Shown piece by piece: positions 46,918 through 56,897 of a stretch of DNA of 64,000 nucleotides. Numbering within the stretch: the stretch's first letter is position 1; each line of letters begins with the position of its first letter. The DNA lies in the NCBI GenBank assembly GCA_030765485.1, contig JAVCCR010000032.1, positions 166,289 through 230,288 on the forward strand. Direction: 5' to 3'. The notes beneath the pieces were generated by a model that had not been told where the DNA came from, did no database searches, and saw only the letters and a program-made list of their open reading frames with translations. Origin of the DNA: Candidatus Gygaella obscura (lineage in GTDB: Bacteria; Omnitrophota; Gorgyraeia; Gygaellales; Gygaellaceae). The translations under genes and the position numbers were made by a program.

Positions 46918-47238
46918 ATGCATGTTAAAATTATTTGTATATCCCTATTGATATCTTTTGTTTTTTTATCCGGTTGTAGCTTAAACGGCGGAATTATAAA
47001 TTATTATCATGTTAATGAAGCGTCTTGGATTAGAAAAGGAGAACCTATTGAGTTTGAAGAGGATTTTTGGTATCCGACCGATACAGTAGAAAACTTTCTG
47101 GGTAAGGAAATGCTTTTTAAGGGGAAATTTAAAGGGGTTAAATTTTTTACAGAACGAAAAGATATCCGTCCGTTTAGTTACCTTTATACGAAGTTTGGCG
47201 AAAATCAATTCCGTACTTACGAGAAAAACCATGATTGA
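46918..47238 (+). CDS. Small lipoprotein of unknown function (inside mla operon)
   Basis: 106 aa with a signal peptide and lipobox LSGC, then a soluble domain. Its 3' end overlaps the mlaF start. Confidence 0.4.
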   Translation: MHVKIICISLLISFVFLSGCSLNGGIINYYHVNEASWIRKGEPIEFEEDFWYPTDTVENFLGKEMLFKGKFKGVKFFTERKDIRPFSYLYTKFGENQFRTYEKNHD

Positions 47239-47980
47239 AGTAATAGGATTAAGTAAGTCTTTCGATGATGTACAGGTTTTAAAAGATATAAACGTTACAT
47301 TTAATGATAACGAAATTACCTGTATCTTAGGTGAAAGTGGAAGCGGCAAAAGCGTGTTTTTACAAACCATGGCAGTTTTGCATGGGCCTGATTCTGGAAA
47401 AATCTTGATAGATAATCAGGATATCCTGCGTAAAAGCGAAGAACAACTGTTGGATTTAAGGAAAAAAATCGGGTATTTGTTTCAGTCAAGCGCACTGTAT
47501 GATTTTATGAATATTTTTGATAATTTAGCATTTCCTTTAAGAGAAAATACAAAGCTATCAGAACCTGAAATCGAAAAAAAAATAAAAGATATTTTGCATG
47601 ATGTTAATCTTTCTGATGTGGAAGAAAAATTTCCCAATGAACTATCCGGAGGAATGCAGAAAAGAGCGTCTTTAGCACGTTCGGTTATCTTAAAACCACA
47701 GTTTTTATTATGTGATGAGCCGACATCTGGTCTTGATCCTGAGCATGCGCGTATAATTGCTCAACTTATTGCCAAGATATCCAAATTTTATAAATCTACG
47801 ACTATTATTACTAGTCATGATATACCGAATTCTTTAGCTATAGCTGATAGATTAATTTTTATTTTTGATGGACAGTTTACGGAGATTGGTTCACCCAGCA
47901 ATTTAACGAAGAATACAGATAAGCGGATTAATAATTTTTTGGGTCCTTATGTGGAGGTTACGAAATGCATGACAGATTAA
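47231..47980 (+). CDS. mlaF: Mla-type ABC transporter ATP-binding protein
   Basis: Walker A GESGSGKSV, signature LSGGMQKRASLAR, Walker B LLCDEPTSGLD. Confidence 0.85.
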   Translation: MIEVIGLSKSFDDVQVLKDINVTFNDNEITCILGESGSGKSVFLQTMAVLHGPDSGKILIDNQDILRKSEEQLLDLRKKIGYLFQSSALYDFMNIFDNLAFPLRENTKLSEPEIEKKIKDILHDVNLSDVEEKFPNELSGGMQKRASLARSVILKPQFLLCDEPTSGLDPEHARIIAQLIAKISKFYKSTTIITSHDIPNSLAIADRLIFIFDGQFTEIGSPSNLTKNTDKRINNFLGPYVEVTKCMTD

Positions 47981-48558
47981 AAGAATTTATCGCCGGGTTA
48001 TTTTTTATTTTTGGTATTGTTGTTTTCTTGATTGTTTTCTTTGTTATTGGAAACGATAAAGGAATAACCTCTTTGAAATTTAATAAAAAAGTTATTTTCT
48101 CCGATGTCGCCGGTTTAAGTATTGGTGCACCCGTGCGTTTATCGGGAGTAAACGTTGGAATTGTTGAATCGATCCATTTTACCAAAGAAGAGATTATAAA
48201 GGAAAAGAATATAGTTGTGGTTTTAAGCATTCTTTCTAGGTACGGTCCGCAGTTTAAAGGATGTTTGGATTATTCAATACGCACTGAAGGTGTTTTAGGC
48301 GGGAAGCTCATTGAAATAAAGCCTTCCAAAAGTTATCAGAATTGTCAGGATTCAGAATTCGCTGTAGGAGATGATCCTTTGGATATCCAGGATCTGACAG
48401 TTTCTTTTGATAATACTGCTAAATCCCTTACCAGCCTTTCTCAAAGAATTGAAGATTATCTAAAACAGCTGAGCAAAATCTCCTATACGATAAAAAGGAC
48501 GATTGATCGGCTTGAGAAACGCATCATTGAAGGGACTTTATTCAATATTTTTAAATAA
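47965..48558 (+). CDS. mlaD: MCE-domain protein MlaD
   Basis: N-terminal TM plus MCE domain (VAGLSIGAPVRLSGVNVGIVESI). Confidence 0.75.
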   Translation: MHDRLKEFIAGLFFIFGIVVFLIVFFVIGNDKGITSLKFNKKVIFSDVAGLSIGAPVRLSGVNVGIVESIHFTKEEIIKEKNIVVVLSILSRYGPQFKGCLDYSIRTEGVLGGKLIEIKPSKSYQNCQDSEFAVGDDPLDIQDLTVSFDNTAKSLTSLSQRIEDYLKQLSKISYTIKRTIDRLEKRIIEGTLFNIFK

Positions 48559-48563
48559 TTTAA

Positions 48564-49061
48564 ATGAAGTATCTAAAAAAACAATTAACTTTATTGGATG
48601 TTTTCTCTGTTGCCACCGGTGCAATGATTAGCTCTGGTATTTTTATTCTGCCAGGTTTAGCTTTTGCCAAGGCAGGCCCGGCTGTGATTTTATCTTATTT
48701 TTTGGCTGCGCTAATCTGTATCCCTACGCTTTTTTCCCAAGCTGAGCTTACCACTGCTATGCCTAAAGCAGGAGGAGATTATTTTTATATTATGCGCGGT
48801 TTTGGTCCTTTATTAGGTACTATTGCTGGTTTTAGCTCTTGGTTTGTTTTAAGTTTTAAAGGCGCGTTTGCGCTTATAGGTATGGGTGAATTTTTAAGCG
48901 TTTTTAGTAATCTGTCGTTTCATATTGTTGCTATGGTTCTATGTGTGTTTTTTGTAATTTTAAATCTAATTGGGGTAAAGTTCGCTGGCAGATTTCAGGT
49001 TTATCTTGCATTTAAAGATGCTTGCGGCAATCGCTCAGATTACACAGAACAAGGATTTTGA
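48564..49061 (+). pseudogene. Truncated APC-superfamily amino-acid permease (N-terminal ~150 aa only)
   Basis: The translation begins as a typical APC permease (LTLLDVFSVATGAMISSGIFILPG...AMPKAGGDYFYIMRGFGPLLG...) but stops after 165 aa with a non-homologous tail. Full-length members are about 450 aa. Confidence 0.5.
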
Positions 49062-49145
49062 TAAAAATTGGATGGCGTCAAAAAATATCGATGAGTTTAA
49101 GAATTTGGTGTTATTGGCTGAACGGAAAAGGAGTCGTTAATAAAG

Positions 49146-50822
49146 ATGAGTATCTTTGATAATATTTTAGCAAGCATACATGTGTATCAGTTAAATATCT
49201 TAGTGCTTTTGGGCCTTGCTTTATTCGGCGGGGTATTAGGCGGCAGGGTGTTTCAGAAGCTTAAGGTGCCTCAGGTAGTAGGCTATATCGTTATTGGTAT
49301 TTTAATCGGTCAATCAGGGTTAAAAATAGTAGATGAGAAGCTTCTTACAATGCTTGAACCTCTTAATTACTTTGCTCTTGGTTTAATCGGCTTTATGGTT
49401 GGAGGAGAGTTGCACCGTAGTATTTTTACCAAGCACGGCAGACAGTTTATGACGATTCTTTTTTGTGAGGGTATAACCCCGTTTTTGTTAGTTACTATTT
49501 TAGTAGGTTTTGTTGGCTCAATTTTCTTTGACTGGCGTATTGCTTGGGGTCTGGGGTTACTGTTTGGCGCAATTGCTTCAGCTACGGATCCGGCTACAAC
49601 AACCGAAGTGTTAAGAGAGTATAGAACAAGAGGGCCGTTAAGTAAGACTGTCTTAGGTATTGTCGCTCTAGATGATGGTTTGGCTTTGATTCTTTTTGCA
49701 ATTGCCTCCAGCATTGCTGGATCTTTAAGCGGGATAACTCATGAAAGTCTTTTAAAAACCTTTATTCATCCGATTTATGATATTGGTGGTTCTATCCTTT
49801 TGGGGACCGTTCTTGGGTTTACATTAAGTAAGATTTTAAATAAATACACTGAAAAAGAACGTCTTTTGGCTTTTACTATTGGCATAGTTTTGCTTGTCGT
49901 AGGATTGTCTCTTACCTTAAATGTAGAAATGCTTCTTACTGCCATGACTGTAGGTATTATTGTAGTGAATTTTAGCCCGCAAAAAAGTAAAGGTGTATTT
50001 AAATTAGTCGGAGGATTCACGCCGCCAATATATGTACTCTTTTTTGTGCTCATCGGAGCAAAATTAAATTTATCACATATGGGTTTATCTACAAGCGTGC
50101 TTGTTTTGGTTTATTTGTTTGGTACGATGGCAGGTAAAGTGATAGGTTCAAAGTTTGGCGCACGTATCGCCCGTTCTCCAAAAACAGTACAAAAATATCT
50201 GCCGCTTGCACTGTTTTCTCAGGCTGGCGTAGCTATTGGTTTATCCATATTGGCAGCACAGTATTTTCCTGGAGCAATCGGTAATACCATTATTATTGTT
50301 ATTACCGCAACTACTTTTATCTTGCAGCTTGTGGGGCCATACTTGACTAAGGTTGCCGTAACTCGTGCCAAAGAGGTAGGGCTTAATGTTACTGAAGAAG
50401 ATTTGATTTTTAATACAAAAGCAAAAGACGTGATGGACGCTAATCCACCGTTGATAATAAACAATATGCCTCTCACTAATATTTTAAAGATATTTTCCAG
50501 TGATACCAATCTTTATTATCCGGTTGTGGATAAAACCAAAAAATTACTTGGAATAATAACTGTGGATAATTTAAAGAATATTTTTATGGAGACTGATTTA
50601 AATGAGCTACTTTTAGCAGTAGATGTTATGGAACCGGTTTTAACAACCGTATCAATTGATTCTCCTGTTCAAAAAGTAAAAGAGGCTTTAAATAGGTATA
50701 ATCTTGAATATATCCCGGTTACCAATAGTGAAAATAAACTTATTGGTTTTATCGAAGAAAGAACTTTAGACAGAATCATATCTACTAAACTTATGGAGCT
50801 TCAAAGGGAAGTAGATATGTAG
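49146..50822 (+). CDS. CPA-family monovalent cation:proton antiporter with C-terminal CBS-domain pair
   Basis: About 12 TM helices in the Na_H_Exchanger pattern, followed by two CBS domains. Confidence 0.8.
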   Translation: MSIFDNILASIHVYQLNILVLLGLALFGGVLGGRVFQKLKVPQVVGYIVIGILIGQSGLKIVDEKLLTMLEPLNYFALGLIGFMVGGELHRSIFTKHGRQFMTILFCEGITPFLLVTILVGFVGSIFFDWRIAWGLGLLFGAIASATDPATTTEVLREYRTRGPLSKTVLGIVALDDGLALILFAIASSIAGSLSGITHESLLKTFIHPIYDIGGSILLGTVLGFTLSKILNKYTEKERLLAFTIGIVLLVVGLSLTLNVEMLLTAMTVGIIVVNFSPQKSKGVFKLVGGFTPPIYVLFFVLIGAKLNLSHMGLSTSVLVLVYLFGTMAGKVIGSKFGARIARSPKTVQKYLPLALFSQAGVAIGLSILAAQYFPGAIGNTIIIVITATTFILQLVGPYLTKVAVTRAKEVGLNVTEEDLIFNTKAKDVMDANPPLIINNMPLTNILKIFSSDTNLYYPVVDKTKKLLGIITVDNLKNIFMETDLNELLLAVDVMEPVLTTVSIDSPVQKVKEALNRYNLEYIPVTNSENKLIGFIEERTLDRIISTKLMELQREVDM

Positions 50823-50843
50823 TTTTTGTATAGAGGTCGTTTA

Positions 50844-50872
50844 TTGAAAATAATTTTAGCTTGTGGTATGAT
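50844..50872 (+). promoter_or_regulatory. Putative sigma70 promoter (TTGAAA-17-TATGAT) for the gcv-lipA operon
   Basis: TTGAAA at 50844-50849 and TATGAT at 50867-50872, about 55 nt upstream of the gcvT ATG. Confidence 0.4.
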
Positions 50873-50928
50873 ACAAGGTGTTTAGGGCATTTAATAATTA
50901 TATTTAAGGCAGGTTTTTCTTTCCTTTG

Positions 50929-52011
50929 ATGAATTTAAAATTTACTCCCTTAATTGAAGTTCATAAAAATCTAGGCGCAAAGATTGCCCCTTTTGGCGGT
51001 TGGCTTATGCCCATACAATATGCTGGTATAATCCAGGAGCATAACTGGACGAGAAAAAGCGCTTCTTTATTTGATATCTGCCATATGGGAGAGTTCTATC
51101 TAGATGAAGATTTAAAAGAATCCGGCTTGGATAATATAGTCAGTGCGAATTTAGATTCTATGCCTGTAAAAGCTTGCCGATATGGGTTTTTACTTGACGA
51201 GAAAGGCAATATTCTTGATGATATGGTTACTTACCGAAAAGGTAAAGATGAATGGATGCTGGTAGTCAATGCTGCTACAACTAATGCTGATTTTAAACAC
51301 ATACAAAGTAATTTAAAGATAAAAACCCTAAAGGATATTTCAAATAATACAGCCAAGCTTGATTTGCAAGGTCCGTTATCACGTGATGTGCTAAAAAGTC
51401 TAGGATGTAAAGATATAGAAAGCCTGACCTATTACAGTTTTGATTATTTTGTTCTTTTAGGTAATGATGTATTAATCAGTAGAACCGGCTATACCGGAGA
51501 ACTTGGTTTTGAGATCTATATTGAATCCAGTAAAGCAGTTGTGTTGTGGAATAGTTTGCTAAAAGATGAAAGGGTAAGGCCTGCAGGTCTAGGTGCGCGC
51601 GATACGCTAAGATTGGAAATGAATTACCCTTTATACGGACAGGACATATCAAAAGATAATAACCCAATTGAAGCAGGGTTTATCAAGTTTATTGATTTTG
51701 AGAAAGATTTTATTGGTAAAGACACGCTTTTAAACAAAAGGGATAATATCGATAAAAAATTGGTTTGTTTTATCTGTGACTCGCGCCGAGCGCCCAGGCA
51801 TAATAATAAGATTTTAATTGATAAAGCTGTTGTGGGAAGAGTGACCAGCGGGTCGTTTTCACCAAGTTTGGGTGTTGGTATTGGTACGGGTTATGTAGAT
51901 AAAGATAAGGCAGTTATTGATAAAGATATAACAATCACCGATGGCAGAAAAGAATTGAGCGCTAAAATAGTAAAAAGGCCTTTTTATAAAAATGGTTCTT
52001 TAAGAAGATGA
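50929..52011 (+). CDS. gcvT: Glycine cleavage system T protein (aminomethyltransferase)
   Basis: 361 aa GcvT fold (FDICHMGEF..., YTGELGFEIY...). Confidence 0.9.
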   Translation: MNLKFTPLIEVHKNLGAKIAPFGGWLMPIQYAGIIQEHNWTRKSASLFDICHMGEFYLDEDLKESGLDNIVSANLDSMPVKACRYGFLLDEKGNILDDMVTYRKGKDEWMLVVNAATTNADFKHIQSNLKIKTLKDISNNTAKLDLQGPLSRDVLKSLGCKDIESLTYYSFDYFVLLGNDVLISRTGYTGELGFEIYIESSKAVVLWNSLLKDERVRPAGLGARDTLRLEMNYPLYGQDISKDNNPIEAGFIKFIDFEKDFIGKDTLLNKRDNIDKKLVCFICDSRRAPRHNNKILIDKAVVGRVTSGSFSPSLGVGIGTGYVDKDKAVIDKDITITDGRKELSAKIVKRPFYKNGSLRR

Positions 52012-52023
52012 AAGGAATTTTTT

Positions 52024-52413
52024 ATGGATGTTAGAGATGGTCTCTATTACAGTAAAGAGCATGAGTGGGTAAAGTTAGATAACAAAATCGCAATTATAGG
52101 TATAACTGATTATGCTCAGTCGGCCTTAGGAGATGTTACCTTTGTGGAGCTTCCTAAGCCGGGCGAAAGCTTTAAACAGTCACAGCAGATTGCTACAGTT
52201 GAGTCTGTTAAGGCTGCATCAGATGTGTATGTTCCTATAAGCGGTGTGGTAAAAGAGGTAAACTTAGAACTTGACAATACGCCTGAGTTGGTTAATCAAT
52301 CCTGTTATGAAAAAGGGTTTTTCTTGAAGATGCAAGTAGAGGATGAAACTGAGGTTAAAAATCTTATGGATTCAGCAAGTTATAAGGCTTATTTAGAAGG
52401 ATTATCTAAATGA
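52024..52413 (+). CDS. gcvH: Glycine cleavage system H protein
   Basis: 129 aa with the lipoyl-lysine context ATVESVKAASDVY. Confidence 0.9.
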   Translation: MDVRDGLYYSKEHEWVKLDNKIAIIGITDYAQSALGDVTFVELPKPGESFKQSQQIATVESVKAASDVYVPISGVVKEVNLELDNTPELVNQSCYEKGFFLKMQVEDETEVKNLMDSASYKAYLEGLSK

Positions 52414-53741
52414 ATTTTGTTCCCCATACAGACAAAGAACGTCAGGAGATGCTAAAAACAATCGGCGTATCTTGTTTAGATGAGCTTTTTAAAGATATTA
52501 CCCCCAGTTTAAAAGCTAAATCATTTGATTTAGAAAAAGGTAAGTCTGAATTTGAGGTAATGAGTTTTTTTAAAGGCTTGGCTAATAAAAACAATATAGG
52601 ACTAACGAGTTTTTTAGGCGCAGGGTTCTATGATCACTATATTCCATCAGTTGTCGATAGCCTTGCTTCCAGGCCGGAGTTTTATACTGCCTATACGCCT
52701 TATCAGGCAGAGTGTTCTCAAGGTTGGCTTCAATCTATTTTTGAATTTCAGACTGCTATATGTGAATTGACTTCTTTGGATGTTTCCAATGCCTCACTTT
52801 ATGACGGTGGAACTGCGCTTTATGAAGCAGCAATGATGGCTGTGCGTATTACCGGTAGAAAAAAAATAATCGTTGATAGTGGAGTGAATTTACTCTATAG
52901 AAGCATGATTTATACCTATACCACTAATCTGGAACTTGAGTTTAAAGAAACCCCGGTTGTGCACGGTCAGAGTTCCCGTAAGCATATATTTGAGCTTTTA
53001 GATAAAGACACTGCAGCGATAATTTTGCAGAATCCGAATTTTTTCGGTGCTGTAGATGATCATACGGATATCGTAAAAAAAGCGCATGAGTTGGGTGTTT
53101 TGGTGATTCAATCGGTTTATCCGATTGCCTTAGGATTAGTAAAATCCCCTCAAGAGATGGGAATTGATATTGCAACCGGAGAGGGACAAAGCCTGGGGTT
53201 AAATTTAAATTTTGGTGGGCCTTACTTAGGTTTTATGGCAACAAAAAAAGAATATATGCGCAAAATGCCTGGTCGCATTGTAGGCGAAACGATTGATAAA
53301 CAAAACAGAAGAGGTTTTGTATTAACCTTGCAGACACGGGAACAACATATAAGGCGTGAAAAGGCAACTTCTAATATTTGTTCTAATGAAGCCTTGTGTG
53401 CTCTGCGTGCGGTGATTTATTTATCCGTATTAGGAAAAAAAGGTTTTAAAGAACTTGCGTTATTAAATTATAAAAAGGCAGAATATACTAAGAGTCTATT
53501 TGATAAAATTAAAGGTGTTGAGGTTAAGAAAAATTCCCCTACATTTAATGAGTTTACGGTGATGCTACCTAAGCGTGCAGATGAGGTTGTTTGTAAATTG
53601 ATTAAGAAAGGATTCCTCTGCGGTTTTCCTCTGGGTAGGTTTTATAAGGGAATGGATAATTATCTTCTTGTTAGTGTAACGGAAAAACGCACCAAGGAAG
53701 ATATTGTCAAGTTAGCTGATACTCTGGAGACTGTTTTATGA
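52410..53741 (+). CDS. gcvPA: Glycine dehydrogenase (decarboxylating) subunit 1
   Basis: 443 aa GDC-P N-terminal-half family. Confidence 0.9.
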   Translation: MNFVPHTDKERQEMLKTIGVSCLDELFKDITPSLKAKSFDLEKGKSEFEVMSFFKGLANKNNIGLTSFLGAGFYDHYIPSVVDSLASRPEFYTAYTPYQAECSQGWLQSIFEFQTAICELTSLDVSNASLYDGGTALYEAAMMAVRITGRKKIIVDSGVNLLYRSMIYTYTTNLELEFKETPVVHGQSSRKHIFELLDKDTAAIILQNPNFFGAVDDHTDIVKKAHELGVLVIQSVYPIALGLVKSPQEMGIDIATGEGQSLGLNLNFGGPYLGFMATKKEYMRKMPGRIVGETIDKQNRRGFVLTLQTREQHIRREKATSNICSNEALCALRAVIYLSVLGKKGFKELALLNYKKAEYTKSLFDKIKGVEVKKNSPTFNEFTVMLPKRADEVVCKLIKKGFLCGFPLGRFYKGMDNYLLVSVTEKRTKEDIVKLADTLETVL

Positions 53742-55192
53742 AACTTATATTTGAAAAAAGCGTAAAAGAAAGAACTGCTTTTAAAGTGCCTGAGTTTGAT
53801 GTGGCAATAAAGGTGAATTTTCCAGATAAGTATGCAAGAAAGCAAAGCGTAGAACTTCCTGAAGTTTCAGAGTTAGATGTGGTTAGGCATTTTACAGGGC
53901 TTTCTAAGAAAAACTTTTCCATTGATGGTAATTTTTATCCTTTAGGTTCATGTACTATGAAATACAACCCAAAGTTTACTGAAGCTATTGCTAATTTAGA
54001 AGGGTTTACCCAGCTTCACGGGCTTCTGCCGCAGGTTGTAGGTGCAGGAATGCTCTGTCAGGGTGCGTTGCAGGTTATTCATGATCTGCAGAGACTACTT
54101 TGCGAGATAACCGGGATGAAAGTTTTTACCACCCAACCTTTGGCTGGCGCGCATGGTGAGTTAACCGGAGCGATGATTATTGCTGCGTATCATAAGGAGA
54201 AGGCGCGTAAACGTAAATACGTGATTATACCGGATTCATCCCACGGCACTAATCCAGCCAGTGCATCAATTGCAGGCTATGAAATAATTACAATCCCTAC
54301 GGATGAATCAGGCTGTATGGATTTTGAAAAGTTTAAATCTAAACTTACAGAAGATGTGGCCGCGGTGATGCTGACGTGTCCGAATACTCTGGGGATTTTT
54401 AATTCGCGTATAAAAGATATCTGTGATGAAGCCCACAAGGTGGATACCTTGGTTTATTATGACGGAGCAAATCTTAATGCAATATTAGGCAAAGCGCGTC
54501 CAGGTGATATTGGTTTTGATATCGTGCATATTAATCTGCATAAAACCTTTGCTACTCCTCATGGCGGAGGAGGTCCGGGAGCTGGACCAGTAGGGGTAAG
54601 TGAGAAGTTAATACCTTATTTGCCTATTCCCCGCGTAGTTAAAAGAACTGATGCCACCTATGGCTTAAGTTATAATAAGCCAAAGTCTTTAGGGTATATG
54701 GCAGCGTTTTTCGGTAACTTTAGTGTGATATTAAAAACCTATGCCTATATCATGATGCTAGGTAAAGATGGTCTGATTGAGGTAAGTGAGGCTGCGGTAT
54801 TAAATGCTAATTATTTAAAAGAAAGGTTAAAGAAATATTTTACTTTAGCTTACGACAGGAGATGTATGCATGAATTTGTACTTTCGGCTGAGAAGCAACT
54901 AAAAAATAATATTCATGCTTTTGATATTGCTAAATATTTGATTGATAAAGGAATTCATCCGCCTACTGTATATTTCCCGTTGATTATCAAGGAAGCGATG
55001 ATGATTGAGCCAACTGAGACCGAAAGTAAACAAACCATGGATGAGTTTATTGAAGTGATGATTGAGATTGCTGATTTAGCAGAGCATAATCCACAAGAGT
55101 TAAAAAATGCACCCACTACTACTTGTGTAGGCCGGCTTGATGAGGCAAAGGCTGCACGTGAATTAAAGCTGCGTTGGCAAAAAGAGGCATGA
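53738..55192 (+). CDS. gcvPB: Glycine dehydrogenase (decarboxylating) subunit 2
   Basis: 484 aa with the PLP-lysine region INLHKTFATPHGGGGPGAGP. Confidence 0.9.
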   Translation: MKLIFEKSVKERTAFKVPEFDVAIKVNFPDKYARKQSVELPEVSELDVVRHFTGLSKKNFSIDGNFYPLGSCTMKYNPKFTEAIANLEGFTQLHGLLPQVVGAGMLCQGALQVIHDLQRLLCEITGMKVFTTQPLAGAHGELTGAMIIAAYHKEKARKRKYVIIPDSSHGTNPASASIAGYEIITIPTDESGCMDFEKFKSKLTEDVAAVMLTCPNTLGIFNSRIKDICDEAHKVDTLVYYDGANLNAILGKARPGDIGFDIVHINLHKTFATPHGGGGPGAGPVGVSEKLIPYLPIPRVVKRTDATYGLSYNKPKSLGYMAAFFGNFSVILKTYAYIMMLGKDGLIEVSEAAVLNANYLKERLKKYFTLAYDRRCMHEFVLSAEKQLKNNIHAFDIAKYLIDKGIHPPTVYFPLIIKEAMMIEPTETESKQTMDEFIEVMIEIADLAEHNPQELKNAPTTTCVGRLDEAKAARELKLRWQKEA

Positions 55193-56049
55193 GTACAACT
55201 ATTGTAAAAAAACCTTCCTGGATGAAAAAGAAAATCATCCTTAAAGACTGCGTAAAATTAAACCAGCTATTTTCCAGGTTAAAACTACATACAGTTTGTC
55301 ATGAGGCAATGTGTCCTAATATTTCAGAGTGTTTTAATAAAGGCGTAGCAACATTTTTGATTATGGGTGATACTTGTACACGTCGCTGCGGGTTTTGTAA
55401 TGTGAAAAAAGGTAATCCTAAAGATCTAGATGATAATGAACCTGATAGGGTTTTAGAAGCTGTAAAAGAACTCAAGTTGAATCATGTTGTGGTTACAAGC
55501 GTTACCCGGGATGACTTAGAAGACAAGGGAGCAAGTCATTTCGTTAAAACGATTAAGACAATAAAGGATTTCGACAATGTTATTAAAGTAGAAGTGTTGG
55601 TGCCGGATTTTTTAGGCAGGAAGGATTTGATTGAGATTGTTTTAAATGAAAAACCGGATATCTTTGCGCATAACGTGGAAATGGTATCTAGACTTTATAC
55701 AGAAGTGAGACCAGATTCAGATTACAGGCGGTGTCTGGAAGTTTTAAGAATAGCCAAAGATATTAATAAAGATATTTATACCAAGTCCGGTATTATGTTA
55801 GGGCTTGGTGAAACCCATCAGGAAGTAATGGAAGTTTTGGGGGATTTAAGAAAAGTTAATTGCGATTTTTTAAGCATCGGTCAATATTTATCGCCATCTA
55901 AGAGTCATTATCCTGTAAAAGAGTTTGTTAAAGAAAGCGTATTTAACGAGCTTAAGATCAAAGCACTTGAGATGGGTTTTTTGCATGTAGAAAGCGCTCC
56001 TTATGTGAGAAGCTCTTATATTGCCTGCGAATACCTAAAAAATAAATAG
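55174..56049 (+). CDS. lipA: Lipoyl synthase
   Basis: Two Cys clusters: CHEAMCPNISEC and CTRRCGFC (radical SAM). Confidence 0.9.
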   Translation: MAKRGMSTTIVKKPSWMKKKIILKDCVKLNQLFSRLKLHTVCHEAMCPNISECFNKGVATFLIMGDTCTRRCGFCNVKKGNPKDLDDNEPDRVLEAVKELKLNHVVVTSVTRDDLEDKGASHFVKTIKTIKDFDNVIKVEVLVPDFLGRKDLIEIVLNEKPDIFAHNVEMVSRLYTEVRPDSDYRRCLEVLRIAKDINKDIYTKSGIMLGLGETHQEVMEVLGDLRKVNCDFLSIGQYLSPSKSHYPVKEFVKESVFNELKIKALEMGFLHVESAPYVRSSYIACEYLKNK

Positions 56050-56052
56050 TAT

Positions 56053-56787
56053 ATGAAAGAAAAAATCCAGATTACAAAAAAGTGGTTTAAAAGTTGGTCT
56101 AATGAGTTTGACCAGTCTTTAGGCAGTATGAGTTTTCATAAGGGGCTGTTGCGTCTCATGGTGGAATCTTCCGGAGTAAAGAATAATAGCCGTATTCTTG
56201 ATATCGGATGCGGTACGGGATTATTGAGTATTAATTTCTTAAGTAAAAGAAACTGTTCTATTGTTGGAATCGATAATTCCAAGGATATGCTTTTGATATT
56301 GAATAAAAAGATCAAGAAGTTTGCAATAACTGATAACTTAAAAGTTCAATATATGGATATATCAAAGCTTGATTTTAAGGCGAATAGTTTTGATATAGTG
56401 ACTAGTTCTATGGTGTTGCATCATTTTGATAAGGATAAGCTGAAATTGCTTAAGAAAATTAAAAAGGTGCTAAAGCCAGGGGGATTGTTTATTTTAGGCG
56501 ATATTGATATGGATACCCGTGGGCTTCATACAGATACAAAAAGATTAAAGAAGATAGTGGAAGTTTTATTAAGCGAGTGGGTTTGTGCGTTAACAGAGGT
56601 AGGAACAGAAGCCTTTAAGCGAATGTATGATAATGGTAAAAAACATATTCTTAACATCGGTGAATTCTGCGTGAGTTTTAATGAGTGGGCTGCGCTTTGT
56701 AAAAAGGCAGGATTAAAGATTGTTAAAGTACTGCCGGTTAAGGAAAACAAGCATTTTAAGGTGCTGGTGGCTAAAAGGGTAAAATAA
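56053..56787 (+). CDS. Class I SAM-dependent methyltransferase
   Basis: Motif I ILDIGCGTGLLS, and post-I/II motifs. Confidence 0.7.
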   Translation: MKEKIQITKKWFKSWSNEFDQSLGSMSFHKGLLRLMVESSGVKNNSRILDIGCGTGLLSINFLSKRNCSIVGIDNSKDMLLILNKKIKKFAITDNLKVQYMDISKLDFKANSFDIVTSSMVLHHFDKDKLKLLKKIKKVLKPGGLFILGDIDMDTRGLHTDTKRLKKIVEVLLSEWVCALTEVGTEAFKRMYDNGKKHILNIGEFCVSFNEWAALCKKAGLKIVKVLPVKENKHFKVLVAKRVK

Positions 56788-56897
56788 TGAAATGCAAGAT
56801 AGTACTAAAAAGAGTATAAAAAAATCGCCCTCCTAAAAGAAAAATCTACTATCGGTAAAGTCATAATCGTTGAAGGGTATAAAGAGTAAAATAATTC

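Noticed and set aside
50823-50928. Possible glycine riboswitch upstream of gcvT
   Set aside because: It was expected because glycine riboswitches commonly precede gcvT. The leader is only about 100 nt and lacks the tandem-aptamer conserved cores (the GGAGAG...CACCG-type elements). Only a promoter-like TTGAAA-17-TATGAT is visible.
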